From the NCBI GenBank assembly GCA_046074105.1, contig JBJTNQ010000046.1, forward strand, positions 1,478-65,477: 64,000 nt of DNA. Direction: 5' to 3'. The DNA comes from Sphingobacteriaceae bacterium. GTDB taxonomy: Bacteria > Bacteroidota > Bacteroidia > Sphingobacteriales > Sphingobacteriaceae. Position 1 is the first letter of the stretch. Every line of letters starts with the position of its first letter. The notes beneath the pieces were generated by a model. The model did no database searches. It was not told the origin of the DNA and was given only the letters and a program-made list of their open reading frames with translations. The translations under genes and the position numbers were made by a program. Below, in pieces: positions 1-8,487 of this stretch.

Positions 1-360
1 ATCTCTGGAAACGGACACCTGAAAAACATCTCCATTTTAGGAAAAGATAAAGAGAGCACCACCCTCGACACCGATTACCTGATCCCATTATTTGGTTTAA
101 GCCCTAAATTAGGCCCGCTAGCTAACTGGGGATTAAATATTGACAAGAATGCCATCGAGGTAGATACTTTTGATTATTCAACCAATGTAGAGCGTATCTA
201 CGCCATTGGCGACATCAATACTTATCCCGGTAAACTGAAACTGATCTTATGTGGGTTTCACGAAGCTGCCATTATGGTACAAAGTGCCTTTAAATACGTT
301 TATCCAGATCAAAAACTAAGTTTTAAATACACCACCGTTTACGGGGTAAACTCTTTCTAA
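1..360 (+). CDS. ferredoxin-NADP(+) reductase, thioredoxin-reductase-like; C-terminal fragment (5' end outside window)
   Basis: Frame 1 is open from the window edge to TAA 358-360. Translation (..NVERIYAIGDINTYPGKLKLILCGFHEAAIMVQSAF..) looks like the C-terminal FAD region of TrxR-type FNR. A 2Fe-2S ferredoxin gene starts 2 nt later. Confidence 0.75.
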   Translation: MSGNGHLKNISILGKDKESTTLDTDYLIPLFGLSPKLGPLANWGLNIDKNAIEVDTFDYSTNVERIYAIGDINTYPGKLKLILCGFHEAAIMVQSAFKYVYPDQKLSFKYTTVYGVNSF

Positions 361-361
361 G

Positions 362-685
362 ATGATCATTACCATACAAGTTGAAGACCGAGACGGTAGC
401 ACACAGGCTGTTGAACTACCTACCGAAGTTAATTTAAACCTGATGGAAGCGCTAAAGGCTTCCGGATACAATATTCTGGCAACCTGCGGCGGCATGGCTT
501 TATGTGCCACCTGCCATGTTCAGGTATTGAAAGGAATGGAAAAACTGCCTGCACCCCAGGATGCAGAACTGGATATGCTCGATACTTTGTTTGATGCCGA
601 TGAGGATAGCCGTTTAGCCTGCCAACTCAAAGTAAACGATGAGATGGACGGCCTGGCTGTAAAAATAAGGGGCGACGAGCACTAA
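362..685 (+). CDS. 2Fe-2S ferredoxin (adrenodoxin/putidaredoxin type)
   Basis: 107 aa. Cys ligand pattern ATCGGMALCATCHV plus distal LACQ is typical of vertebrate-type [2Fe-2S] ferredoxins. Confidence 0.85.
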   Translation: MIITIQVEDRDGSTQAVELPTEVNLNLMEALKASGYNILATCGGMALCATCHVQVLKGMEKLPAPQDAELDMLDTLFDADEDSRLACQLKVNDEMDGLAVKIRGDEH

Positions 686-728
686 ACAACATTTCTAAAG
701 ATTTGGGGTTATTAATAGATAGCATATT

Positions 729-2036
729 ATGGAAGAACCTCAGATCCCGAAAAGTAAACATCCTCGTGTAGTTATTCTTGGCGGTGGCTTTGGCGGTATT
801 GAATTAGCCAAAAAACTTCGCCAAAAGCCGGTACAGGTCATTATGCTCGACCGGCACAATTACCACACTTTCCAGCCGCTGCTTTACCAGGTAGCCACCG
901 GAGGCCTCGAACCCGATTCTATTGCTTTCCCGCTGCGGAAAATATTTAAAGGGCAAAAGAATTTTTCCTTTCGCATGTGCGAGGTGGAAGAAATTGATCC
1001 TGAAAAACAAGTTCTTGAAACCAGCATAGGCCCTATCCGGTATGACTTTGTGGTTCTGGCCACCGGATCGGACACTAATTTCTTTGGACAGAGCGAAATA
1101 GCGCATTTTGCCATGCCCATGAAAACCATCCCGGAAGCACTGAACCTGCGAAGCATGCTGCTTCAAAAGCTGGAAGAGGCAATCATTGAAGAAGATCCTG
1201 CTAAGAAAGCTGCTTTACTGAATTTCGTGGTAGTGGGCGGCGGGCCTACCGGTGTAGAATTATCCGGCGCCTTAGCCGAATTAAAAAAACATGTATTAGC
1301 CAACGATTATCCGGAACTCAACCTGCGGGATGTTCACATTTATCTGATCGAGGGTTCGCCCAAGGTATTGGGCATAATGTCTGATCAGGCTGCCCTGAAA
1401 TCAAAGGAATTTCTGAAAGAGATGGGGGTTAAAGTATGGTGCAACCAGCGGGTACTGAGTTATAATGGCGAGCAAATAGCACTCTCAGACGCCCCACCTA
1501 TTCTCACTAAAAACGTATTGTGGTCTGCCGGTGTAAAAGGAGAAGTGATAACAGGTATCCCTGCCGGAGTGATTACCCGGGGCAACCGCATTCTAGTGAA
1601 TGAATATAACCAGATCCAGGGTTTTAATCATTTATTTGCCATTGGCGATGTTTGCGCCATGCTTACCACTGATTACCCTAACGGACATCCCGGTGTAGCT
1701 CCGGCAGCCATTCAGCAAGGCCGGCATTTAGCAAAAAATATCCTTAAGATCATCAAGAAGCAGGCACCCGAACCCTTTACCTATCATGATAAGGGTGCCA
1801 TGGCTACCGTTGGACGCAATAAAGCCGTGGTAGATATTGGCAAGATCCGCTTTCAGGGTGTATTTGCCTGGTTTGTGTGGATGTTTGTTCACCTGATGAC
1901 CTTGGTAGGTTTCCGGAATAAATTAGTGGTTTTCGTGAATTGGGTTTGGAGTTATTTCAGTTACGACCGCGGTACCCGGCTGATTATCAGAAAGTTTAGC
2001 AGAGAATCCATGACAGAAGATACAGCAGCTAAATGA
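729..2036 (+). CDS. ndh: type II NADH:quinone oxidoreductase (NDH-2)
   Basis: 435 aa. Two dinucleotide folds (ILGGGFGG, VVGGGPTG) and the FQPLLYQVATG motif. Confidence 0.9.
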   Translation: MEEPQIPKSKHPRVVILGGGFGGIELAKKLRQKPVQVIMLDRHNYHTFQPLLYQVATGGLEPDSIAFPLRKIFKGQKNFSFRMCEVEEIDPEKQVLETSIGPIRYDFVVLATGSDTNFFGQSEIAHFAMPMKTIPEALNLRSMLLQKLEEAIIEEDPAKKAALLNFVVVGGGPTGVELSGALAELKKHVLANDYPELNLRDVHIYLIEGSPKVLGIMSDQAALKSKEFLKEMGVKVWCNQRVLSYNGEQIALSDAPPILTKNVLWSAGVKGEVITGIPAGVITRGNRILVNEYNQIQGFNHLFAIGDVCAMLTTDYPNGHPGVAPAAIQQGRHLAKNILKIIKKQAPEPFTYHDKGAMATVGRNKAVVDIGKIRFQGVFAWFVWMFVHLMTLVGFRNKLVVFVNWVWSYFSYDRGTRLIIRKFSRESMTEDTAAK

Positions 2037-2105
2037 TTTGTCGATTTGCTAATTCGGCAATTAGTCAATGGACAAATCGCCGAATTGACAAATTGAATAA
2101 TTAAC
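2035..2105. repeat. about nine degenerate 8-nt tandem units (GATTTGTC-like) with interleaved inverted repeats
   Basis: GATTTGTC GATTTGCT AATTCGGC AATTAGTC AATGGAC AAATCGCC GAATTGAC AAATTGAA TAATTAAC. 2035-2042 is complementary to 2071-2078, and 2052-2059 to 2079-2086. Confidence 0.6.
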
Positions 2106-2113
2106 TTCGTACT

Positions 2114-2974
2114 GTGCAAACCGCAATACCTTTCAAACTTATCGAATGCCCGCGAGACGCCATGCAAGGCGTAAAGCAATTTATTCCTACCGAATTAAAG
2201 GCAGCCTACCTGAACTTGCTTTTGCAGGTAGGATTTGATACGCTAGATTTCGGCAGTTTTGTTTCTCCAAAAATTGTTCCTCAAATGCAAGATACCGCTA
2301 CGGTATTAAGCCAGTTGGATTTAGCCGGCCCTACCCAATTATTAGCCATTGTAGCCAATGTGCGGGGCATGGAAGAAGCCGTTGGATTTGAAGAAATAAA
2401 CTATTTAGGTTTCCCTTTCTCTGTTTCAGAAACTTTTCAGCAGCGTAATACACAGGCTTCCATAGCCGAATCGCTGAATACCGTTGAGCAGCTATTAGAT
2501 CTCTGCCGTAGAAACAATAAAAAACCGGTCATTTACCTTTCTATGGGTTTTGGCAACCCTTACGGGGATGCCTGGAGCCCTGAAATTGTAGTGCATTGGG
2601 CCAAAGAACTGGTAGATCGCGGTGCGGGTATATTATCCTTATCAGATACGGTTGGCATAGCAAAACCTGAACAGATCAAAAATTTATACACCTTGCTGGC
2701 AAGCGAATTTCCTGATACAGAGATCGGCCTGCACCTACACAGCACACCCCATACCTGGGAAGAAAAAATGGAAGCGGCTTATGCTGCCGGTTGCCGCCGG
2801 ATGGATGGCGCCGTAAAAGGTTTTGGTGGCTGCCCTATGGCTGCCGATGAGCTTACGGGCAATATGCCTACCGAAAACATGATCGGGTTTTTATCCCGAA
2901 AAGAAGAAAATCTGGAATTGAATTTGGATAAATGGCAAGAAGCTTTAGCTTTTTCGACTAATGTATTTCATTAA
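2114..2974 (+). CDS. hydroxymethylglutaryl-CoA lyase
   Basis: 286 aa with a GTG start. IECPRDAMQG N-terminus, SDTVG and GLHLHST motifs of the HMGL/DRE-TIM family. Confidence 0.85.
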   Translation: MQTAIPFKLIECPRDAMQGVKQFIPTELKAAYLNLLLQVGFDTLDFGSFVSPKIVPQMQDTATVLSQLDLAGPTQLLAIVANVRGMEEAVGFEEINYLGFPFSVSETFQQRNTQASIAESLNTVEQLLDLCRRNNKKPVIYLSMGFGNPYGDAWSPEIVVHWAKELVDRGAGILSLSDTVGIAKPEQIKNLYTLLASEFPDTEIGLHLHSTPHTWEEKMEAAYAAGCRRMDGAVKGFGGCPMAADELTGNMPTENMIGFLSRKEENLELNLDKWQEALAFSTNVFH

Positions 2975-3927
2975 AACCAAGTACTGATCTCGTTGCGCCA
3001 AACCAGTACCAGCACCCCGCTTACAGCAATTAATGCACCCCAAAAAGCCTGAAATGTGATTTTCTCCCGATATAACAACCAGGAGACCGGCAAAATGAAT
3101 ACCGGAACCATCGAAAATAGGGTTTGGGCTATAGAAACATTAATGAGGTTGGCTGAATAGAGTGAAAGCGAAACCCCAATTACCGGGCTAATTATAGTTG
3201 CAATTAAAGTGTATCGTATAGCCGGGCCATCTGCTTTTGAAATTGACCTTAAAATTCCTAATGCCTTATTGCGGAATATGGAAATGATGAATAAAGTGAG
3301 TGCCGCAATGGTTAAACGAATCCAGGAAGCATGTAAAGGGCTTAATACGCCCTCCTGCTGCTGTAAACCGATCTTAGAGAACACCAAACCAATTCCCTGG
3401 GTTAGCGAGCCTCCAATGGCAAACAATACGCCTTTGTAGTGCGGCTCGTGGTGGGTATGTTCTTCCTGACTTTTTCGATTAAAAATTACCCAAAATACGC
3501 CGGCAATGGTAATGATCATTCCTGAAAAGGCCACCAAAGAGATAGTTTCATTTAAAAACAAAATACCGAATACCAGAGCTGCACCGGGTGCGAACGTATA
3601 AAACAGAGAAGTTTTGCGAGGGCCTAATATTTCGAAGGCACTAAAGGCACACCAATCGCCAATGGTAAGCCCTATAAAGCCCGAAAGGCCCAGCCAAAGC
3701 CAAGAACTGAGTTTGGGGAGACTGAATAAATCAGCAAGGCCAATATGGTCGAATAAAATGACGGCAAGTGCTAAAAATAAAGCTGCCAGCACTAAACGGA
3801 AATGATTGAGTACGTTGGCTCCGAGGCGTTTGGCGGCCTCGGTGAAATAAAGCATGCCGAAAGTCCAGCAAATGGCGGTAGTTAAGGCAAATAGTTCGCC
3901 CTTGAGCTCGAAATTCATCGATGCCAA
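2971..3927 (-). CDS. EamA/DMT family transporter
   Basis: 318 aa with about 10 hydrophobic helices and duplicated EamA-like halves. An alternative ATG at 3918 would give an ATGA overlap with the upstream stop. Confidence 0.8.
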   Translation of the reverse strand: MASMNFELKGELFALTTAICWTFGMLYFTEAAKRLGANVLNHFRLVLAALFLALAVILFDHIGLADLFSLPKLSSWLWLGLSGFIGLTIGDWCAFSAFEILGPRKTSLFYTFAPGAALVFGILFLNETISLVAFSGMIITIAGVFWVIFNRKSQEEHTHHEPHYKGVLFAIGGSLTQGIGLVFSKIGLQQQEGVLSPLHASWIRLTIAALTLFIISIFRNKALGILRSISKADGPAIRYTLIATIISPVIGVSLSLYSANLINVSIAQTLFSMVPVFILPVSWLLYREKITFQAFWGALIAVSGVLVLVWRNEISTWF

Positions 3928-4340
3928 ACCATTTTAAAGTGTTGAATTCCGGCTTCTTCGAATTGAGGACCTTCGGCAATGAAGCCAAATTTTTTATATA
4001 ATCCTACGGCTTGTATTTGTGCATGCAGGTAAACATAGGCCGCATCAGCCGGCAGATCGGCCAGAACGGCTTTAACCAATTCCAGACCGAGGCCTAATCC
4101 ACGAAATGGCTGCAATACAGCAAATCTTTCTAATTTGTATCCTTTTTCGGTTTTGCGCCAGCGGCAAGCACCTGCAGGTACACCATCTACTTTAGCCAAA
4201 AAATGAATAGATTCATCCTCGAACTCCCATTCTAGCTCTGGCGGGCAGTCTTGCTCTATCACAAAAACTTCACGCCGAATGGCGAATACTTGTTCTAATT
4301 CTTTTTGATTATTTACTTTTTGTACGCTTAGCTGGGGCAT
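3915..4340 (-). CDS. GNAT family N-acetyltransferase
   Basis: 141 aa. Acetyl-CoA motif A region (LQPFRGLGLGLELV). Confidence 0.8.
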   Translation of the reverse strand: MPQLSVQKVNNQKELEQVFAIRREVFVIEQDCPPELEWEFEDESIHFLAKVDGVPAGACRWRKTEKGYKLERFAVLQPFRGLGLGLELVKAVLADLPADAAYVYLHAQIQAVGLYKKFGFIAEGPQFEEAGIQHFKMVWHR

Positions 4341-4827
4341 TTGCTTTAGTTTGGGATTCTTTTTTCTCCATTTGATGTGTCCTGGATTTTTGTGAATGCA
4401 TTAAATCGGCTACATCAATGGAATGGGAAGTGTGAATATCGCGTTCTTTCTTGGCCAATTCAGACAAACGCTTGTAGAAAACATGGAGTTCGTCTAATTC
4501 GTCTTCGGTCAGATTTTCTATATCTACCATTCGGTTACTCGACTTTTCGCTTGCCGCAATGAGTTCATTGAGTTTTAACTGTATGGCTTTAGAATCTTTG
4601 TTCTGTGTTTTTTGAATGAGAAAAACCATTAAAAAAGTAATAATGGTGGTACTGGTATTGATGATGAGCTGCCAGGTTTCTGAATAATCGAAAACAGGCC
4701 CCGTTACGGCCCAGGCAATTATGGTTGAAAAGGCAATTAAAAAGGCATAGGAACTACCTGTCCAAACGGTTACTTTATTGGCAAATCGTTCAAACATTCC
4801 GGAAGATTTGGTGGATTTCTTTGCCAT
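4309..4827 (-). CDS. low-affinity iron permease family protein
   Basis: 172 aa. Two TM helices followed by a coiled C-terminus. The FERFANKVT..WQLIINTSTTIITFLMVFLIQ block matches the Fet4-like Iron_permease family. Confidence 0.65.
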   Translation of the reverse strand: MAKKSTKSSGMFERFANKVTVWTGSSYAFLIAFSTIIAWAVTGPVFDYSETWQLIINTSTTIITFLMVFLIQKTQNKDSKAIQLKLNELIAASEKSSNRMVDIENLTEDELDELHVFYKRLSELAKKERDIHTSHSIDVADLMHSQKSRTHQMEKKESQTKANAPAKRTKSK

Positions 4828-4871
4828 ATTTTGATTTATTTAGAGTTTAGCCATCCCGCGAAAGCGAAATT

Positions 4872-5951
4872 TTACATTTTATCGTTTACTCCGATACAAT
4901 TCAGATCTTCAAATGCTTGTGTTAATCGTTTAACAAATTGTTCTTCGCCTTTACGCAACCAAACCCGGGGATCATAATATTTTTTATTGGGCACATCGTC
5001 TCCTTCGGGATTGCCTATCTGGTCTTGCAAGTAAGCTTCTTTAACTTTGTAATAATTCAGGATACCTTCCCAGGTTGCCCATTGCATATCGGTATCGATA
5101 TTCATTTTGATGGCGCCATAGGAAATGGCTTCGCGAATTTCTTCTTGCGAAGAGCCCGAACCTCCGTGGAAAACAAAATTGATAGGTTTTTCTTCGGCTC
5201 GGTTAAATTCATTACGGATAAAGTCTTGTGAATTTTTAAGAATAACGGGTTGTAGTTTCACATTTCCGGGCTTGTATACGCCGTGTACGTTGCCGAATGC
5301 GGCTGCAATGGTAAACTTATCGCTAATGGTACTTAGTTCCTTATAAGCGTAGGCTACTTCTGAAGGCTGAGTATATAAACGAGAACTATCTACATCGGTA
5401 TTATCTACACCGTCTTCTTCGCCACCCGTTACTCCTAATTCAATTTCTAAGGTCATACCCATTTTAGCCATGCGCTTAAGGTATGTTTTACAGATCTCTA
5501 TATTTTCTTCTATGGGTTCTTCCGATAGGTCGATCATGTGAGATGAATACAGCGGTTTACCATGCTTAGCGAAGAATTTTTCGCCATAGTCCAGCAAACC
5601 ATCTATCCAGGGCAACAATTTCTTTGCAGCGTGGTCGGTATGCAAAATTACAGCAACACCATAGTGCTCGGCCAGCAGGTGTACATGCTCTGCGGCAGAA
5701 ACCGCTCCTAATACACAAGCTTGCTGATTATCGTTATTTAAGGATTTTCCGGCATAAAATTGTGCTCCACCATTAGATAACTGAATCATTACCGGAGAAT
5801 TAACAGCTTTGGCAGTTTCCATTACCGCGTTAATGGAGTTTGTACCGATCACATTAACTGCAGGCAGGGCAAACTGATGCTTTTTAGCAATTTCAAATAA
5901 TTCTTGTACGGCATCGCCATAAATAACTCCTGTATAATTTTTCAGACTCAT
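4872..5951 (-). CDS. fbaA: class II fructose-bisphosphate aldolase
   Basis: 359 aa with strong full-length resemblance to FbaA (..LPAVNV..TDHA..HGGSG..). Confidence 0.95.
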   Translation of the reverse strand: MSLKNYTGVIYGDAVQELFEIAKKHQFALPAVNVIGTNSINAVMETAKAVNSPVMIQLSNGGAQFYAGKSLNNDNQQACVLGAVSAAEHVHLLAEHYGVAVILHTDHAAKKLLPWIDGLLDYGEKFFAKHGKPLYSSHMIDLSEEPIEENIEICKTYLKRMAKMGMTLEIELGVTGGEEDGVDNTDVDSSRLYTQPSEVAYAYKELSTISDKFTIAAAFGNVHGVYKPGNVKLQPVILKNSQDFIRNEFNRAEEKPINFVFHGGSGSSQEEIREAISYGAIKMNIDTDMQWATWEGILNYYKVKEAYLQDQIGNPEGDDVPNKKYYDPRVWLRKGEEQFVKRLTQAFEDLNCIGVNDKM

Positions 5952-6115
5952 AGCTATGGGTTTAATTTTAAGATAGTCGAAAATAAGGATTTTATGAGCA
6001 ACAACAAGGCTGGGACAATAGTTTTATTCCACATAAGCTTTATTGATGAGGGTTTACAACGCTAAGCTGTTCATTTCTTAAATTTTTCGTTTATTTGTAC
6101 CTCAAATTTGATGGA

Positions 6116-6961
6116 ATGGCTTGGTTTAAGAGAGATAAAAAAGGAATTGTAACTAGCACTGAGGATAAATTAGAGGCTCCTGATGGCATTTGGAATAAAT
6201 GCCCGTCGTGTAAGAAGCCACTTCATTACCAGGAACAGCAAGACAGTCATTATGTTTGTCATTATTGCAATCATCACCTAAGAGTGGGCTCTAAGGAGTA
6301 TTTTGAGATCTTATTTGATGATAATCAGTTCGTGGAATTGTTCCCTAATTTGCATTCTGGCGACCCTCTGAACTTCTCGGACAGTAAAAAATATACAGAA
6401 CGTTTGGAGGAGAGTTATAAAAAAACTGGGCTTAAGGATGCCATTCGCTCTGGGCATGGTAAAATTGATGGACAGGACCTGGTTATTGCGTGTATGGACT
6501 TTAATTTTATTGGTGGTTCTATGGGTTCTGTTGTGGGTGAAAAAATTGCCCGCTCTATTGACTATTGTTTGGAACATCGTATTCCATTTTTAATGATCTC
6601 TAAATCGGGAGGTGCCCGTATGATGGAGGCGGCTTTCTCGCTGATGCAGATGGCTAAAACTTCGGCTAAACTGGCATTACTGGGGCAGGCAAAAATTCCT
6701 TATATTTCTTTATTAACCGACCCTACTACGGGTGGCGTTACGGCATCTTATGCCATGCTGGGTGATATTAATATTGCTGAGCCTGGTGCTTTGATTGGCT
6801 TTGCGGGGCCAAGGGTTATTAAGGAAACTATTAAACGAGATCTGCCTAAGGGTTTCCAGACCTCGGAGTTTGTGCAGGAACATGGTTTTCTGGACTTTAT
6901 TGTTGACCGTAGGGAAATGAAGGCTAAACTGGCTTCCTTTATCAGGATAATGGCTAATTAA
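6116..6961 (+). CDS. accD: acetyl-CoA carboxylase carboxyltransferase beta subunit
   Basis: N-terminal Zn ribbon (CPSCKK..CHYCNHH) and carboxyltransferase domain. ATG 6116 (MAWFKR) is preferred over the TTG at 6095. Confidence 0.92.
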   Translation: MAWFKRDKKGIVTSTEDKLEAPDGIWNKCPSCKKPLHYQEQQDSHYVCHYCNHHLRVGSKEYFEILFDDNQFVELFPNLHSGDPLNFSDSKKYTERLEESYKKTGLKDAIRSGHGKIDGQDLVIACMDFNFIGGSMGSVVGEKIARSIDYCLEHRIPFLMISKSGGARMMEAAFSLMQMAKTSAKLALLGQAKIPYISLLTDPTTGGVTASYAMLGDINIAEPGALIGFAGPRVIKETIKRDLPKGFQTSEFVQEHGFLDFIVDRREMKAKLASFIRIMAN

Positions 6962-6962
6962 T

Positions 6963-6995
6963 AAAAAAAGCCCTGACGAATGTCGGGGCTTTTTT
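6963..6995. terminator. rho-independent terminator between convergent accD and the phnA-like gene
   Basis: A-run, 8-bp stem GCCCTGAC/GTCGGGGC (one G-U), GAAT loop, then a T-run. Confidence 0.7.
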
Positions 6996-7008
6996 GTTTG
7001 TGTTTGTT

Positions 7009-7218
7009 TTATTTCTTTTTGAGGTAGCAGGTTTTGATCACGATAACCGATCCTTCTACTTTACCTTCGATGGCGTCTTCATCGTCTGTTAAGCGGATGT
7101 TTTTTACTACGGTTCCGCGTTTAATACCGGCTGAAAAGCCTTTTACTTTTAGGGTTTGGGTGACGATTACGGTGTCGCCAGCCTGTAATACGTTGCCATT
7201 ACTATCTTTTGGTTCCAT
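7009..7218 (-). CDS. PhnA C-terminal-domain-like small protein
   Basis: 69 aa. GDTVIV..LKVKG..IKRGT..IRL..D..IEGK pattern of the PhnA/YjdM C-terminal domain. Confidence 0.7.
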   Translation of the reverse strand: MEPKDSNGNVLQAGDTVIVTQTLKVKGFSAGIKRGTVVKNIRLTDDEDAIEGKVEGSVIVIKTCYLKKK

Positions 7219-7257
7219 GTGGTGTTTAGCTTAATGGAGCCGAAAGTAAGTAATTTA

Positions 7258-7644
7258 TTATTTTCTCGGATATTTTTCTTCCCATTGCTTCATCATACGG
7301 CTGTAATTATCGGGGTCGAGTTTCTTAAGTATATAATCGAGCTTTTCCTCTTTGCGCTCCTCTCCTTCTTTAGACTGTGGCGAACCTACATACCATAAAA
7401 ATGAGAGGCCGGCCACTTGCCATATCAGTTGCAGAAATTCGGATTGCCAGTTTTCCATAGTATCTCGCATCATTTCTACAAGGTATTCGGATGCTTTAAT
7501 GGCCTGATGGTGTGCGGCTTGTTCTTGCTTAAAAGCTTGCCAGCCAAAGTACCAGTGCAGGCCTAATGATAATACAAATAAGAACAAAGTTGCCCATAAA
7601 TAACCCCGTTTTTTTAGTAATCCGGGTATTGAGTTTTGTTTCAT
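7258..7644 (-). CDS. hypothetical membrane protein (DUF6766-like)
   Basis: 128 aa with two TM segments. Family assignment is from memory only. Confidence 0.5.
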   Translation of the reverse strand: MKQNSIPGLLKKRGYLWATLFLFVLSLGLHWYFGWQAFKQEQAAHHQAIKASEYLVEMMRDTMENWQSEFLQLIWQVAGLSFLWYVGSPQSKEGEERKEEKLDYILKKLDPDNYSRMMKQWEEKYPRK

Positions 7645-7651
7645 AGCGTGT

Positions 7652-8176
7652 TTATATTCCCTGTACCCTTGGTTCGTGATCGGTCATCGAATCGGTTTTT
7701 CGGTTTTGTGCCGGATCTTCAAAATTGGTATCGCCCGGCTTTGCCGGAGATGAAAATTCATCTCCGGCTCTGGTGTTGGTATCTCTTCCTCGTTCTGTTT
7801 CGGTATCTGCTTCCTGATCCATTTCGTCTTCTTCGTCGTCCTCATCCATATCATCATCTTCTTCCTCATCTTCATCCTCTTCTTCTTCATCCATCTCTTC
7901 TTCGTCTTCTTCATCTCCTTTTAATTGGAAATCCGGATCTTTTTTTACTTCAATGAGTTCTTCATCTTGATCTTCTAATTGATTTGTTCTGCTTGCAGAA
8001 GGCTCTCCGTTATCTGTTTCTGGGGTCAGGCTAGGAAGTTTCGGATCTTTTTCTTCGGGATGTGGCTTGGTATCGGGACGGTTGTATTCTCTCTGCTGCT
8101 CTTCTTGATGTGATGGTTTTTGTGGTGTCTCCTGATCCCTTGGATCTTGAGTTTCATTTTTATAAAATGTGTTCAT
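7652..8176 (-). CDS. highly acidic low-complexity protein
   Basis: 174 aa. About 40-residue D/E run (DEEDEEEMDEEEEDEDEEEDDDMDEDDEEDEMD). 8-nt gap to the downstream gene on the same strand. Confidence 0.5.
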   Translation of the reverse strand: MNTFYKNETQDPRDQETPQKPSHQEEQQREYNRPDTKPHPEEKDPKLPSLTPETDNGEPSASRTNQLEDQDEELIEVKKDPDFQLKGDEEDEEEMDEEEEDEDEEEDDDMDEDDEEDEMDQEADTETERGRDTNTRAGDEFSSPAKPGDTNFEDPAQNRKTDSMTDHEPRVQGI

Positions 8177-8254
8177 TGTTATTGCTTTTGTGTTTAAGTA
8201 AACAATGAGTATAGGGGGTTTTGTTTTAGGCTAATGAAAAATATGTGTTACCAA

Positions 8255-8310
8255 TTGTAGGTTATGGGTTTTGGAATACGAGTTGCAGGTTTTACGGTTG
8301 CGGGTTGCGA
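8255..8310 (-). repeat. heptanucleotide tandem array, eight units (CCNNCAA on the - strand)
   Basis: + strand reads TTGTAGG TTATGGG TTTTGGA ATACGAG TTGCAGG tTTTACGG TTGCGGG TTGCGA. Confidence 0.75.
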
Positions 8311-8391
8311 TCTGGATAGCGTGCTTTGGAGTGGGATAGGATCTGAAATAAGGGGGCATAAAAAAGCCCCGAATTTCTTCGAGGCCCTGTG

Positions 8392-8463
8392 TGTACCCAG
8401 CGGGAGTCGAACCCACATCAGCAGAACCGGAATCTGCCATTCTATCCATTGAACTATGGGTAC
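8392..8463 (-). tRNA. tRNA-Arg (anticodon CCG)
   Basis: 72-nt cloverleaf folded by hand. Acceptor GTACCCA/TGGGTAC, anticodon stem GCAGA/TCTGC with loop TTCCGGT, T arm GTGGG-TTCGACT-CCCGC, discriminator A. Confidence 0.93.
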
Positions 8464-8473
8464 AAAGTAAGTT

Positions 8474-8481
8474 CAAATATA
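8474..8481 (-). promoter_or_regulatory. candidate Bacteroidota -7 box TATATTTG for tRNA-Arg
   Basis: Matches TAnnTTTG, 11 nt upstream of the tRNA 5' end, in the 24-nt gap after ychF. Confidence 0.4.
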
Positions 8482-8487
8482 AGGCTT

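Noticed and set aside
804-1166. Antisense ORFs embedded in well-supported genes, e.g. 804-1166, 12775-13125, 26626-27015, 28165-28569, 34064-34477, 40822-41124 and 54198-54482.
   Set aside because: Each lies entirely within a longer opposite-strand CDS with clear family motifs. None has recognisable motifs of its own.
7636-7956. 106-aa + strand ORF rich in L/P/H.
   Set aside because: It is the mirror image of the GAA/GAT-rich acidic tract on the - strand (a low-complexity shadow ORF). It also overlaps the start of the - strand DUF6766-like gene.
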